A DNA stretch of 64,000 nt from Lama glama (lineage: Eukaryota), in NCBI GenBank assembly GCA_028534125.1, contig CM052849.1, forward strand, positions 19,778,001 to 19,842,000, given 5' to 3'. The notes below the pieces were generated by a model. That model saw only the letters and a list, made by a program, of their open reading frames with translations, ran no database searches and was not told the DNA's origin. Position numbers and translations under genes: made by a program. Within the stretch, counting starts at the first letter, position 1, and every line of letters starts with the position of its first letter. Of the stretch, positions 11,806 through 24,159 are shown piece after piece.

Positions 11806-14498
11806 ATTGCAGTGATTGTCTTCTTATCTGAATAACAGTGTAGTTTTTATTTTTACCGAAAGCATATGCATTTTCTTTCCATTTAATTTGATTAAACTTC
11901 TGGGGAGTACACTCAGAGGATATGATTCCATTTTTAAAGCCAAATTAGTGTCACTTAATGAACCTCAGTGTCAGAGTGAAATTCTGTCAGGAGGTGCTGC
12001 AGCCTGCAGCGTTAGTAGTGTTAAGTCTGGCCCCGTAGCTGGTAAGGCAGTGCAGGCTCAGAGGGCCGTGTGTGGTGAAGTTGAGCAGTGTAATTATTCA
12101 CATCTGCATTCTTGTAGGAATTTTCAGGGAATTTTGCAAAGAGCAGGCTTGAAGTTAATGTGTACGAACACCCTTGAGCATTGCTTCCAAATGTGATGAG
12201 TGGAAACACGCACGATCGTACACAGGCCGCCAGAACTGTGACTGTGGCTGAAACGGGTACGGCTCAGCCTGGGAGCGGGTCTCACCGTCACTGCGCTGCT
12301 GCTTACCCAGTAACTGCCCTCTGCAGTTTAGCCTCATTACCGTATTATGAATGAAAACCACTTATTTTCCTTTTAGTTCTTTGAGGTAATAACTGTTGTT
12401 AACACTGTCCTTGGCTACTAGCCTCGCTTCCTGAGCCTAGTCGGTGTCTAAACATTAGAAGGAAAGAAACGTGGGATCGTGACGGTCTGGAGGCACGCCA
12501 GGGAGACAGCAAGGCCGATGATGAAACTGGCTGGCTGTCGTCAGAGCGTGGAGGCGTCTAAGAAGGTCTCATGGTACAGCTGTGAACGGTTGACTGGGGC
12601 ATTTTTTTATTTGTGGATTTTTATAGCTAGTCAGTAACTTAATAAAGTCTCATACTAGCAGGTTTTAAATTAGCCCTTAACATTGAAAGGCTTTAGTATC
12701 TTTCAAACCATGAAAAAGGTGAATGAGGTAATTATGGAAAGCTGTAGTATGCAGATGACCCCCACTGCATCATGAAGACTTGGTTTTTTTTTTTTTGACA
12801 AGGGACAAAATCTCAAGGTAGTTGAAGCCAAGAAGGGTGCTGGTCGGCTCTCTTGGTCGTCCTGGGCAGTGGTTCCCAAGCCGACTCTGTTCAACTCGAC
12901 CTCGTCTGCTTTGTAGTGTCGCAGGCCTCTGAGCCCCAGCCCAGACCCAGCAGTCAGGACTTCCGGGGCGGGGGCCGGGCGAGCTGCTAAGTGCCCCCCA
13001 GGCGGCTTGTCTGGGGGTTCTGGCAAAGGCCGGCTGAGAAGGCGTGTAGAGCGTGATTGATGGACTGCTGCTGGGGACCCTGACTGCTTCCTCCTGGGCG
13101 GGTTCTGCCCAGATGGGGTTACAGAGGTGGTCACAGAGTCTGGGTTTGTGTCTCAGCCTCGCTGCAGTGAGAGGAACACCTCTTCCACGATGGGTGTAGC
13201 ACCGCTCGGGCTGTCTGCACACCCTGGGACCTGAGGGACACGCTGTCCTAACAGGCACTTGGAGTTGCTGGCTGCGTCCCGTCTGGGGGTGAAGGAGTGG
13301 TTCCTCACAGGCAAGCTCGGGTGCTGCGGCCAGAAGGCGGAATGGATGCGCAAACACAAAGGACGCCTACTGGAGGGCTGCTTTTAAAGGCAGCAGCTGC
13401 TTACAGTGGCAGCAGGCGCACTGGTCCCTAGAGAGGCAGGCGCAGCACAGCGCCTGTAAGGGAATCCAGTGCAGCACTTTCCAAGAACAAGGCGAAAACT
13501 CCAAAATCCAGGTTTCTTCCTTCAGAGAGAAGCACGCATTCAGCTGAAGGCTTCAGCGTTAAAGACACGCAGGCCCTCCCTTCTCAGTACCTGGTCTGAC
13601 CCGTCAGTCATGTTGCAGTTGTTACGCAAAAGTGCGTTACAATAGGCAGTCTGCCCGGATCTTTTCTGGGTACACGGAGGTTTTTCCTCAAAAGTCAAAA
13701 CCTTTGCTCCTTATTGAAGCGTTTTTTTGTTTGTTTTTGTTTTTTTCTTTTGACATGGTATTCCCTAGAGCTCATAGAGTTTTGTCTGAGTATTCTGGAA
13801 TTTGTTGGCAAACACTTTTTCAACATCAGTTTCAACCTGATGCTATGTGAGTCTTCAGAAATGTGTATAGTTTTAAGGTTTAATCCATTCACGGAGCTGG
13901 CGTTGTCATTCCAGTGCAGCATTTCTAGGGCTGGGTGTGGTTCTGTTTGCAGTCATCATTCCAATCCAATTACTTAAAAATCCAGGGCGAAAGAGAGATT
14001 ATAAAATTTTCTAGCGATCAAGTCAGTGGAGAGTGCGGGCGCTTTGCAGTCAGGTGATGGCTCGGGCTTGTCCCCCCAGTGCCTTGTGCCTCGTTGGCAG
14101 AAGTCAAGCGGGAGCCCCGGTCCCCAGACACCTCCCGCCCCCCCCCCGCATCCCCACCAGAGAACTTCTGTCCCTGAGGTCACCTGTTTCAGACCAGTGT
14201 CCAAGGAGCTGCTCGGGCTGCCTCTTTGGACACCGTCCTCTGGGCGCTCAGAGGTCCTCTGTGTCAGCAGCCCCTCCTTTGACAAGGTTCTCTTGCTTCA
14301 ACACACCCGCTCTCCCCGGGACACCGTCTGCCTGTGAGTGACACGGGCTCGCCTCTTGTCCGTCCGGGTCGAGAGGTGGGGCGGGTATCTCAGCCCTGCT
14401 GACATGCCCAGGGCTCGTCTCTCTGACGACGCGTTCAGTCTGTGCTCCCAGCCCTAGTTTCCTACAACCAGCTGCCTCCCGGCGAGTGCTGCTGCTGC

Positions 14499-14770
14499 TG
14501 CGGTTCTCAGACTTCTCGGTCTTGAAACCTCCTTAGCCCTCAGATTGCGGAGGACGCAGATTTTGCTTTGTTGGCTCACTGGTACTCGTATATGAGAAAT
14601 CGTTTCTAAAACAGTTCGTAAGCCCGTGTTCCAGTAACTGTTAGAACGATGCTGTTGTGTCCTGAAGCCTCCAGAAAATACTGTTTACTTGTGAGAGAAT
14701 TAGAGTGAGGAAGGCGGATGACCTCTTAGTGTCACTGAGCTAGGTCCTGTGGCCCGTCTGGGGAACGCCC
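14499..14770. mobile_element. hAT-Charlie-type DNA transposon remnant (approximate bounds)
   Basis: gcggttctcagacttctcggtcttgaaacc start and gagagaattagagtgaggaaggc...tcttagtgtcact internal motif resemble Charlie/MER elements. Confidence 0.45.
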
Positions 14771-15399
14771 TCTGCCCGGGCGGGGAGGGCTCTTTTCCCT
14801 TGAGGTTCACACAGCAGGAGGGAGGCGGAGCTGAGGGTGGCGCGGAGCCAGCTTCATTCAGTGGCCAGAGGATGAAGAGCAGGGGTTAGTTCACAGAGCA
14901 GCTCCTTGTCCGAGTGGGTGAGGGGTTGTGCTGTAAAGAACAAGCACGGGGGTGGGGGGAGCAAGGCTAGCGATGAGGAGGCTGCTGCGTTCTTCTGGGG
15001 AAAGGGGCGGGCCTTGCAGAATGCCACCCTTTCTGTCCTGTTTTGGTCTGCAGCTTCCTGCCGTGGCCGTTGGAGGGTGTGTCACGTGGGACGCTGATGC
15101 AGGAAAATCAGCGTATGGGAAGAGACTTCAGGTCTGCTGAAGGTCGGATTTGTTGCCATCTTTGTTGCAGCTGATTCTGGCTGGTTTTTGGTTTTCTCTT
15201 CACATCTCTTCTTTTGTGCCTGGACCTTGTGACTTAAGGAGACATGTTAGTTCCTGTTCAAGGGAGAGGCTGGTGGGTTTTGAGCAAGGGTGTGGTGTCT
15301 GCTCTGGCAACGGTCGTAGGAGAGAACCCTGAAAGACCTAGGGGTCCCCAGGCCACGCTCTGGGTGAATAACTTATGCCTGAAGCTGAGCTGTGACTCC

Positions 15400-16022
15400 C
15401 CTCCCTGGAGCTCCATTTTTCCAGACGTTCAGGCCAAAACTCTTGGCATTTTCCTTGAGCCGACTCTTTCTCATATCACCCTTTGGGTTCCCCATTAAAT
15501 CTTACAAGCTCTGCCTTCACAGTGTTATGAATGTGCAGCCACGGCTCTGCGCCCTGTTCTAGCCACCTCTGTCTCCTCCGAGTCCCTGGAAGAGCCACTT
15601 GAACTGGTCTGTAACAGAGTGATGGAGTCACACATCTTCTTGTATCTGCACTGGGTTCCCGTCTCCGAAAGGCAGTCACCGTGAGGGCATGGCGTTGCTG
15701 TCCTGCCCTTCCCACACTGCCCGGGTGCCCTCACCCTGCCTCAGGGCCAGGTTTCCACGTGCCCCTTCAGGTCAGCTAAGGTGTCACCAGCAGAGGGACC
15801 GCCTTCTGTATTTTCAGCATCGCACCAGCATAGAGGTGCGCCCTTTCTCTTTTCCCCAGCCTTACTGGTATCAACAACGTGTTACTTGCTGCGCTTCTTC
15901 TGTTCCCCAACTAGGATGCAAATGCTTCTAGGAATCCAGGAGGACAGAAACCTCTGACTCCCCAGTGTCTTTACCAATGTCTGACGCACGGCAGTTTCTC
16001 AGAAACTTGCTGAAAGGATAAA
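15400..16022 (+). mobile_element. L2 LINE 3' remnant
   Basis: Pyrimidine-rich L2-like body ending ccccaactaggatgcaa...tctgacgcacggcagtttctcagaaacttgctgaa. Confidence 0.55.
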
Positions 16023-16498
16023 TAATGCATGTAACCCTTAACTCAGTAGCCCCCCCCATATTTATGCATTTGTGTTGAGGGACCCTTCTATCCTCTGCAG
16101 TAGCTCTGCATCCTGGCTGTGTGTTCTGGCCACCAGAGAGGGCTTTAAAAACTCCTAGTGGCAGGCCCCCACCCAGTTCTCTTAAGACTCTTGGTTGGAG
16201 ACTTGGACATAACACTCAGGAATGTTGGCACCAGCTGGACTGAAATTATACCAGGCAGAGAGGTGAGCTCATCCGTGGGCAGCAACCAGTCAGGCTTCCA
16301 GGAAACCTGGGTCCTAAGTCCGAGCCTCCAGCTGCACTTCAGCACTGGGTGTTCTGCCGTTGGCCTGTTTCTTTGTGGGCACCGGGAGAAGCAGGGCCAT
16401 CCAGCCCCCGTTTGCCAGTGCTCCCTACCCCCCCAAGTCCAGCGGGAGGGCTGAGCAGGTGTGGCAGAAAGGAGCCCTGTGGAGGGGCCACGTGGGCT

Positions 16499-16535
16499 CG
16501 GCTGGGGCGCGGCTGGGGCGCGGCTGGGGCGCGGC
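16499..16535. repeat. Tandem repeat (CGGCTGGGGCG)x3
   Basis: 11-bp unit visible directly. Confidence 0.85.
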
Positions 16536-16789
16536 AGGGCTGCCTCCGGATGAGCAGGCACGGGCTCCTGGTTCTGGGGTGCAGGGAGATGCAGCTGCCC
16601 AGGAGGCCCCCGGGCCACAGAGCGCCTGTCTTAGGAACTTGAGTGCCTTCACCCTGCCTGTTAGGGCCTCTGGCCTCGGGCCGGTGAGGCTGGGGCATCA
16701 GAGTAGGAAGTGAACCTCCTTTCGGAACAACACAAGAATCTTCGAGCACTTTAACTCCGCTGTCGTTAATCAGCTTACACGCTATTGCT

Positions 16790-19020
16790 TTAAGTCAGCT
16801 TTCTTGTAGTTTACACGTAAGTGAATTCAGCTTGTGAATTCTGACCAGTGTACACACTCCGTTGTCTCTGTCACCATCAAGATCCAGAACAGTCCTCCCA
16901 CAGAAGGTCCCTTCCTAGTTCTTCGCGAACGGCCCTTCTCACCTTGACCCCAAGCGGCCAGTGATCTGCACTTCGTTGTCTGCGTGGTGCCTGCTGAGCC
17001 GTGCACCACTGGATGTTCGCGCTGTTTGATCCCAGGGACAGACAGAATATTCGGATCCTTCCTATCTTGGGCTACTCTAAACTACGAAGAAACCTGTTCA
17101 AGCCTTTGTGTGGGCGTAGTTTTACTTCTCATGGATAAATACATAGACGTAGAGTTGCTGGACCTGTGTGCTCATGTCTCTGGTCCGACGAGCCGTTGTG
17201 CCCTGCACTGCGTGAGAGTTCCAGCTGCTCCGCATCCTTGCGCTGCCTGATGACGTCAGTCTGTCCGCTCCGGTGGGTGTGTGGCGTTACCTCGCTTGGA
17301 TTATTCATTGCATTTCCTTGCTCACTGACACTGAGAATTTTTGTGTGCGTATTAGCCATTCTTACATCTTCCATGAAGTTCCTGTTCAGGTCTTCTGCAC
17401 GTATTTTTTTAATTGGTTGGTCGTATTTGAGTTGTGAATCTTCTTTACGTGTTTTGGATACAGATGTTTTTGTCAGATATCTGCACTGTGAGTGTTTCCT
17501 CTCAGTTTCTGCCTTGCTGTTTTACTTCCTTCTGTGTCAGAGAGGAGACATCCTTCACCTTAGTGAAGTCCAGGTATCAGGGCTTCTTTCTTACAACGTG
17601 TGCTTTTTGTGCCCCATGGAAGACATCTTTCTAGCCAAAATTCTCCTATGTTTTCTTCTAGAAATGTTATAGTCTTAAGGTTTTCATTTACGCCTGTGTT
17701 CTATTTTGAGTTACAATTTTGTGTATTATGTAAGATTAGGGTCAGTTTCCCCACCTGTTAGTCCCCTTCTTCCTGCAGCATTTCTGGAGAAGACCGTGTT
17801 TCCCCCACCGAGTTGCCGTGGCACCTTTGTTGAAAATGAACTGGCTGTCTGTGAGAGCCTGTCTCTGGACTCCCCGTGTTGTCCCACTGACTTACGTCAG
17901 CATTTTACACGGAAGCAGCACTGCCTTGATCTCTGCAGCTGTGTGAGTCTCACGTTCAGGCAGTGTGCGTCTTTCAACTCTGTTCATCTTTTTCAGAATG
18001 GTTTTGGCTATTCCAGGGCATTTGCATTTCTGTACAAGTCTTTAATCAGCTTATCCGTTTCTAGAAAAAGCCTGCTGCGGTCTTGACGGGCATTTCAGTA
18101 GAACCAGTAAATCTGCTTGGGGGAAAGTTGACAATCTAACAGTATTGTATCTTCCAAACCATGCCCGTTACATACCTCTGTTTAGGGGCTTTCTCATAGT
18201 CTCGAGGCAGTTCCTTACCTTTTTCAGTATACAAGTCTTGTATATATTTTGTTAAATTAGTCCCTAAGAATTTCATGTTTTTGATGCTGTTGTAACTAAT
18301 TACATTTATTTATCTCATGTCACTTATATCTGTATTTTTATTTGTGATTGTTCCCTGCTGGTTTGTAGAAACACAGCTGATGTTTGTGTGCTGGCCCTGG
18401 ACCCCAGCCCCTTGCCACGGTCACCTGCTGGTGCTGACAGCATTCTGTAGGCCCCGTAAGTTCTACACACAGTCACATCACCTGCAGACAGGCTGCTTCA
18501 CTTCTTCCGTTCAGAAGTGTGTGAGTTTCCTCCTTGTGGTGCTGGCCGCGAGCCCTGGTGCAGTGCTGAGCACGCGGAGTCACACGGACACGCTGGCCGT
18601 GGCTCTGACAGAAGGGGGGACGTGGCCAGGTTTTCACCGTCAGGTGTGTTGGCTGTTAACTTTATCAAGTTGAAATAAACTCCTTTCTTTTCTTAGTTTC
18701 CTGAACAGGTGTTGATTTTGTCCAGTGCTTTCCTCACATCTACTGATGTGGTTAGATAGCTTCTCCATCCTGTCCTGCTAATACAGCAGAAGACACCGGT
18801 TCTGCCTCCAGCGTGCTGAGCCAGCGTTCAGTCCTAGGCTGGACCACGCTGAGCCCAGCACGTCCTGCTTCTCACGTGCTGTTGGATACGTTGCTGCTAG
18901 CGTTTTGTTACAGACTCTTTCACATCTACATCCGTGATGCTGTTGGTCTAGTGTTCTTACAGTGTCTTTGTCGTTCTGGGCTAGCCTGCATTTCCGTGTT
19001 TTAGGGAATTTGTGAATATT
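16790..19020 (-). mobile_element. Old degenerate L1 (3' UTR plus ORF2 C-terminal part), antisense
   Basis: ttgcatttccttg...tattagccattc...ttgtgaatcttctttacgtgttttggatac and later reverse-ORF2 motifs. Confidence 0.75.
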
Positions 19021-19114
19021 TTCCAAAGACTTAGTCATGGTTACTTTCACTGGTTTTTTTTTTTTTTTTTTTTTGGAGAAATGGTCATCATTTCTTTTTA
19101 TTCTGTTGATGTGT

Positions 19115-19440
19115 CTACATAACAGAGTTTACCACTTCAGTCATTTTTAAGTGTGTAGTTGCATTAAGCACATTCATGCTGTTGTGTAGACTTTAATTTC
19201 TTATATTGGTATTTATTAAACTGAAGTTTTAAAATGTAAGACATTCCACTTGATCTAGCATTTCAGTTTTTTTTAACTTTAGATCTCCAGAATTTATTCA
19301 TCTCGCATTCCTGGAACTTTGTGCCCTTTGCCCAGCCTCCCCCCCACATTCCCAACCCTCGGCCCCTGGCAACCACCTTGTGCTTCTGCGTGTTCGAATG
19401 TTTTAGATTCCACATGTAAATGAGATTATGCGGTACTTCT
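19115..19440 (-). mobile_element. L1M 3' UTR fragment, antisense
   Basis: catttttaagtgtgtagttgcattaagcacattca...cccctggcaaccac...ttttagattccacatgtaaatgagat. Confidence 0.75.
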
Positions 19441-20074
19441 TTGTCATCAATTATTCAAACATAACTTTTTTTTTTGTAGATGTAGTAGGTGGAAGCATAA
19501 TTCAGTGTGAAGGACACTATGATAGCAGTTATAATTTTATATGCTTGTATATAGTTTCATCAAGTTATGCATTTAGATTATGTTTTCACTTTGCCATAAG
19601 CCTGTTGGTTTTACCTCTTGATTAGAATAAGCTCTATTATTTGGGGGATTTTTAAATTACAGGCTTTTAGGAAAACGTGTTGTGTATGAAACACTAGGTT
19701 GTATTTTAGTACTTAGGTGGTGTAGCTCTTTATTAGATCATTTGAATTCTAAAGTTGCCAAATGGAAATATTATGACTGCGGTTTGAATTCACTCTCGAA
19801 GTTTTTGTTGCATATGAGTATTTCACAAGAAATACTGGCTTGACGCTAATTTCCTTTTGTTTGCCGCTGAGTGGATTGTCACCAGTGATGCAAGTGTGAC
19901 AGAACTTTGTAAATGACTACCCAGACAGATCAGAATTATTTTCAGAAAACAGTAGTACCGGAAAAGGTTAGAATTTTTCTTGTACGTATAGGAGAAAGGA
20001 TCTCAGTTATGCTGTTGTGGTAAAAAGTGTTTAAAACAAACCTACAGAATAAACAGCACTGTATAAAATAACAT

Positions 20075-20080
20075 TTTATT
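20075..20080 (-). terminator. RIMBP2: RIMBP2 distal polyadenylation signal
   Basis: TTTATT on +; the - strand then reads ...tacagtgctgtttattctgtaggtttgtttt (GU-rich downstream element). Confidence 0.7.
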
Positions 20081-21133
20081 TCTATAAAATATTTTACACT
20101 AGCTGTACACATGCACACACCCACACAGAACTTAACCACACATTAATTTCCTTTTAATAAATTACCACATACTACTATATTACAATTTACAGTTTTTGAA
20201 GACACAATGGGGAAAGCTCTGTCATTCATTTATAAACCTTCCATAAATTACAAAAGAAAGGCAGTCTGAAAAGTATGTATAAAGAGTAAAAACAATTTAC
20301 AAGTGGACAAGAATTACAAAATAGTAACCATCAAACCCATCTGCCGGCAACGTTGTAAATGTGTTTTTGTTCATGTGCCAATGGTGAAGGTCGGTCTGGA
20401 ATCAGTTTGAACAGACTTAATTTAGGATGTTTTTGGTGTGGCTTATGCGTTAATGTGGATTGCTTTCCGTGTGTGCTGTTTGCTGTTGACTATTTGTGTA
20501 TGGAGTTCTGACAGTGAAAGTAATGAAAATCCATATGCCACAAAATGTAACACTAAAAGCAGTGACTGTTACAGCTTTCTGGCACATTGGAGTGGTGGTG
20601 CTTTACCAGAGTCACTTCCTCTCCTCTCTGAATGATCTGAGTAAGTAAACATTTTCTGTGTTGCCTGGCTGGCTTTGAAAGATGAAAAGCCGGGATCTTA
20701 AGTGTGTGCAACTCGATTTCAAAGCGCTGTGTGTGTGAGGATGGAGAGCACTGCACGCACATACAGAGTGTACACCGCAGTTTTATTAGACAGTACAAAC
20801 CACTGTGCATTTATAAGGCAGAACATCAAGGCGATTAAACTAGGAATTTCAAGACCAGAGTTAACGTGAGTTATGCATTATGAGGCAAGCATTTTGAAAA
20901 GGGAGAAAGGTTGAAATCATTCCTGTAAGGGCAGATGACCAATGCACAAAGGCTGAACCACAGTAGGGAGGGAGCTGCAAAGAGCTGCCGCCCCGCTCCT
21001 TCCCGAGGGCCCGCCCCCACCCGGCACCACGCGCAGGTGGGCCGGGCTGCGAGGGGGCAGCGCGGCCCTTTGTCCTTGCAGGTGGTTAAAGTGGATGGTA
21101 GTGCAAAGAGCACTTCTCTACTGGTGGCGGGGG

Positions 21134-21441
21134 NNNNNNNNNNNNNNNNNNNNNNNNNNNNNNNNNNNNNNNNNNNNNNNNNNNNNNNNNNNNNNNNNNN
21201 NNNNNNNNNNNNNNNNNNNNNNNNNNNNNNNNNNNNNNNNNNNNNNNNNNNNNNNNNNNNNNNNNNNNNNNNNNNNNNNNNNNNNNNNNNNNNNNNNNNN
21301 NNNNNNNNNNNNNNNNNNNNNNNNNNNNNNNNNNNNNNNNNNNNNNNNNNNNNNNNNNNNNNNNNNNNNNNNNNNNNNNNNNNNNNNNNNNNNNNNNNNN
21401 NNNNNNNNNNNNNNNNNNNNNNNNNNNNNNNNNNNNNNNNN
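21134..21441. other. Assembly gap (308 N) in the RIMBP2 3' UTR
   Basis: N run. Confidence 0.99.
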
Positions 21442-22782
21442 AGTTTATTGAGTGCATGAGCGCCAAGTAACAGCAACACACTGCCCCGCTTCCCACCAGG
21501 AGAGGTTAGGGGTGCTGCCCTGCTGCCGGGGCGGGGCCCCACGGGGAGCACACGCCCCTCCCGTGGCTCGGCTCAGAGACCCCCACCACCCGGCCACCCG
21601 TGCTGGCTCTCAGGGGAGGGGTGGCTGTCAAAACAAAGCTAGGTAGTTTACTTGTAAATTAAGACCCAAAGCAGAGGAAAAAACAAAAAGTGAAACTGGA
21701 GTGAGAGTCAAGTTGGCCGAGTACCCAACAGTTATCTTAAAAGCAGAGGTTCTTAAAGGGAATCGTGTTGCATTGGAAACCTACGGGGGTATGTAAAACC
21801 CTGACCCTGCCGAGCGCACTCCTGGGTGGGTTAGTTACTGCAGAAACACTGGAGATGGCACACCGGTTGAAAGAAAAAAAAAAACAACTAAAATGAACCT
21901 TAATTACAATCAAAGAAAGCTTAAAGGCCCTTGGTGTATGCTTTCATTATTTCCAAGCGATTAAAGACGCGTCTGTGTCAGCACAGAGCGCACGGCGGCG
22001 TCTCGCTGCCTCGGCACGGGCGCCCGAGATCGCGGGGAGCTGTCCTCCCGCTGGTCCTCCCCTCACCAGAGCGAACCGTTTTCTAAAGAGTGTTCACCGT
22101 TCAACAGGCCAATGGTGTGAGCCAAGGGGCTTCAAGCTTGCTTGGATTTACAATCAAGGTCTAATTCTAATGGAAAACACCTATACAGCATCCCGAGTAC
22201 ACCTGAAGATACCGTGTGTTCGGCTAGTGCAGCGTCTGAGCTGCGCGCTCGCTCGCTCAGTATTGCATTGGTACCAACGGCGCCGTCCGCAGCCGCCGCG
22301 CTCCCAGCGCGCCCTGCGCCCAGGAGCCCGGGCGCCCTGGGAGGGTGGCGCCCGCGCGGGGCGGCCAGCGCCAACTCGAGAGCGCCTCGCTCGCTCTCCT
22401 CCTCCGCTCCATCTCGAGTTGTGCTTTTTTAAGTAAAATTTCCTACAGTAAACATTTACTAGATTGTGCTTTTTCCACGAGTGGCTAACAATGCAATATG
22501 CAGCTTTAGTCATGAGGAGACATTGGAACGCTCTGTGTAAACAAACAATTAGCCTGTTAAGAAATATGTTCCCAATGGTGGCCTTTCAAATATTCTTAAT
22601 GTAAGTTGTAGGAAATGATTATTCAAGATGACTGATTTCACTACAGATTCAGTTGCTTTACAACTGAGACCAAGTAATGCTTTAGGTCCAATGAGGTTTT
22701 GAGACATATTTCTTTTCTGTCACCCCACAGTGAAGCCTTAAGTCTACCGCGTTAGCCGGGCTAAGGTAGCTTAAGCCGGTAT

Positions 22783-22935
22783 NNNNNNNNNNNNNNNNNN
22801 NNNNNNNNNNNNNNNNNNNNNNNNNNNNNNNNNNNNNNNNNNNNNNNNNNNNNNNNNNNNNNNNNNNNNNNNNNNNNNNNNNNNNNNNNNNNNNNNNNNN
22901 NNNNNNNNNNNNNNNNNNNNNNNNNNNNNNNNNNN
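22783..22935. other. Assembly gap (153 N), probably hides the RIMBP2 terminal coding segment and stop
   Basis: N run preceded on - by a pyrimidine tract ending ...tcatttttattttac. Confidence 0.9.
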
Positions 22936-23308
22936 GTAAAATAAAAATGAGACACTAAACATGAATGTAATCTACTAGTTAAGTATGGCTGAGAAGTTCT
23001 CCGGTCCTTGTTAAGGGGGCCTGCTAACACCCTAACCGGGCAGGTAGCTGCGACTGCCCGCAGACCTGAGGGCCAGCCGGCCCTTCCACTCGTGATCACA
23101 CTGGAATGTGCATCTGACGCAGGCTGGGAAGTCCCTTTGTGACTAGAGCAGGTGATGAGGCTCAGGATTAAGAACTTTTAGACAACCCCCGTGGAAGGGC
23201 AGAGAAGAACTATGGGCACGTGCTTTCCGGCCCGGGGAACAGAAGCAGCGGTGCGGGGGCCGCGGGGGCCGCGGGTGCGCAGGGCGGGGCGGGTGGGGGC
23301 GGGCTTAC

Positions 23309-23443
23309 CCGTTTGGTCCTGGAGCGCGGCTGCGTGTCCTGCGAGTACTGGGACGGCACGTCGGAGAGGTAGACCTCCACGTCGTCAGGCACTTCTTCTA
23401 GGAAATTGGAAGGTACAAGGCCTCTCTGCCCATTGAGCTCCCC
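23309..23443 (-). CDS. RIMBP2: RIMBP2 exon GELNGQRGLVPSNFLEEVPDDVEVYLSDVPSQYSQDTQPRSRTKR (end of SH3-3)
   Basis: ttttcag| acceptor, CGG|gtaagc donor, 135 nt. Confidence 0.96.
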
Positions 23444-24159
23444 CTGAAAACAGGACCAAGGCAGAAGGACAACTGACTGCCTTTGCAGAAACCCACTGCC
23501 CGCTTTAGCGGAAGGAGCAGCTCAGAGCAGGGGCGCGCGGAGTCCATTCTGGCTCTGAAGCGGTGGGAGTTGGGACTCTGTTTCCAAACTGCTCTGATGG
23601 TAAGAAAGACCGCGCGCGGCCCTGTGCACAGAGTCTCGGCGGGGCTGCCCGGGTGGTGCCGAGGAGATGCTCAGGAACCGCTTAGTGGCGCTCAGCCCTG
23701 GCTGCCTGGCCCACCCCGAGGGACCCCGGGAGCTAGCTGCGCTCAGGCACGTGGCGGGGGGTGCGGAGTGGAGGCCGGGAGGTCAGGCGCCGAGGCAGGA
23801 CTGGGAGGACTGACCTGCTCGGCCTGTTGTTTCTCGTTCCCCGCGTGAACGCTCACACAGCAGGGGAAATGAAAGTGTCCGCACCCGCCCACCCCGAGGC
23901 GCCTGCTTCAGCTCGGTGTGCATCCTTCCAGAGTGTTCTACCCATTCGCATATCCACGCCCGTAACGCAGCCCAGCCGCCCAGCAGACACCAGTCCCGAG
24001 CGGCGCACAGCCCTCCTTGCCACTCCCCGCCCCCTGTGCTAACCTGCCCCCCAAGAACCAGACCCAAGTTCAAAGCTGACTGGCCCGGACAACATGGGGG
24101 TGCGTTTCTGTGTTCGGGAGATGACAGTTGGGAAGAGGCGGCCTGCCAGGTCCGAACTC

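Larger units (their letters stand above)
20055..22782 (-). other. RIMBP2: RIMBP2 3' UTR (about 2.7 kb, end approximate)
   Basis: Non-repetitive sequence downstream of the last visible coding exon, AU-rich distal part, AATAAA (-) at 20075-20080 followed by a GU-rich element. Confidence 0.7.

Noticed and set aside
17166-18673. Hydrophobic membrane-like ORFs
   Set aside because: T-rich antisense strand of a decayed L1
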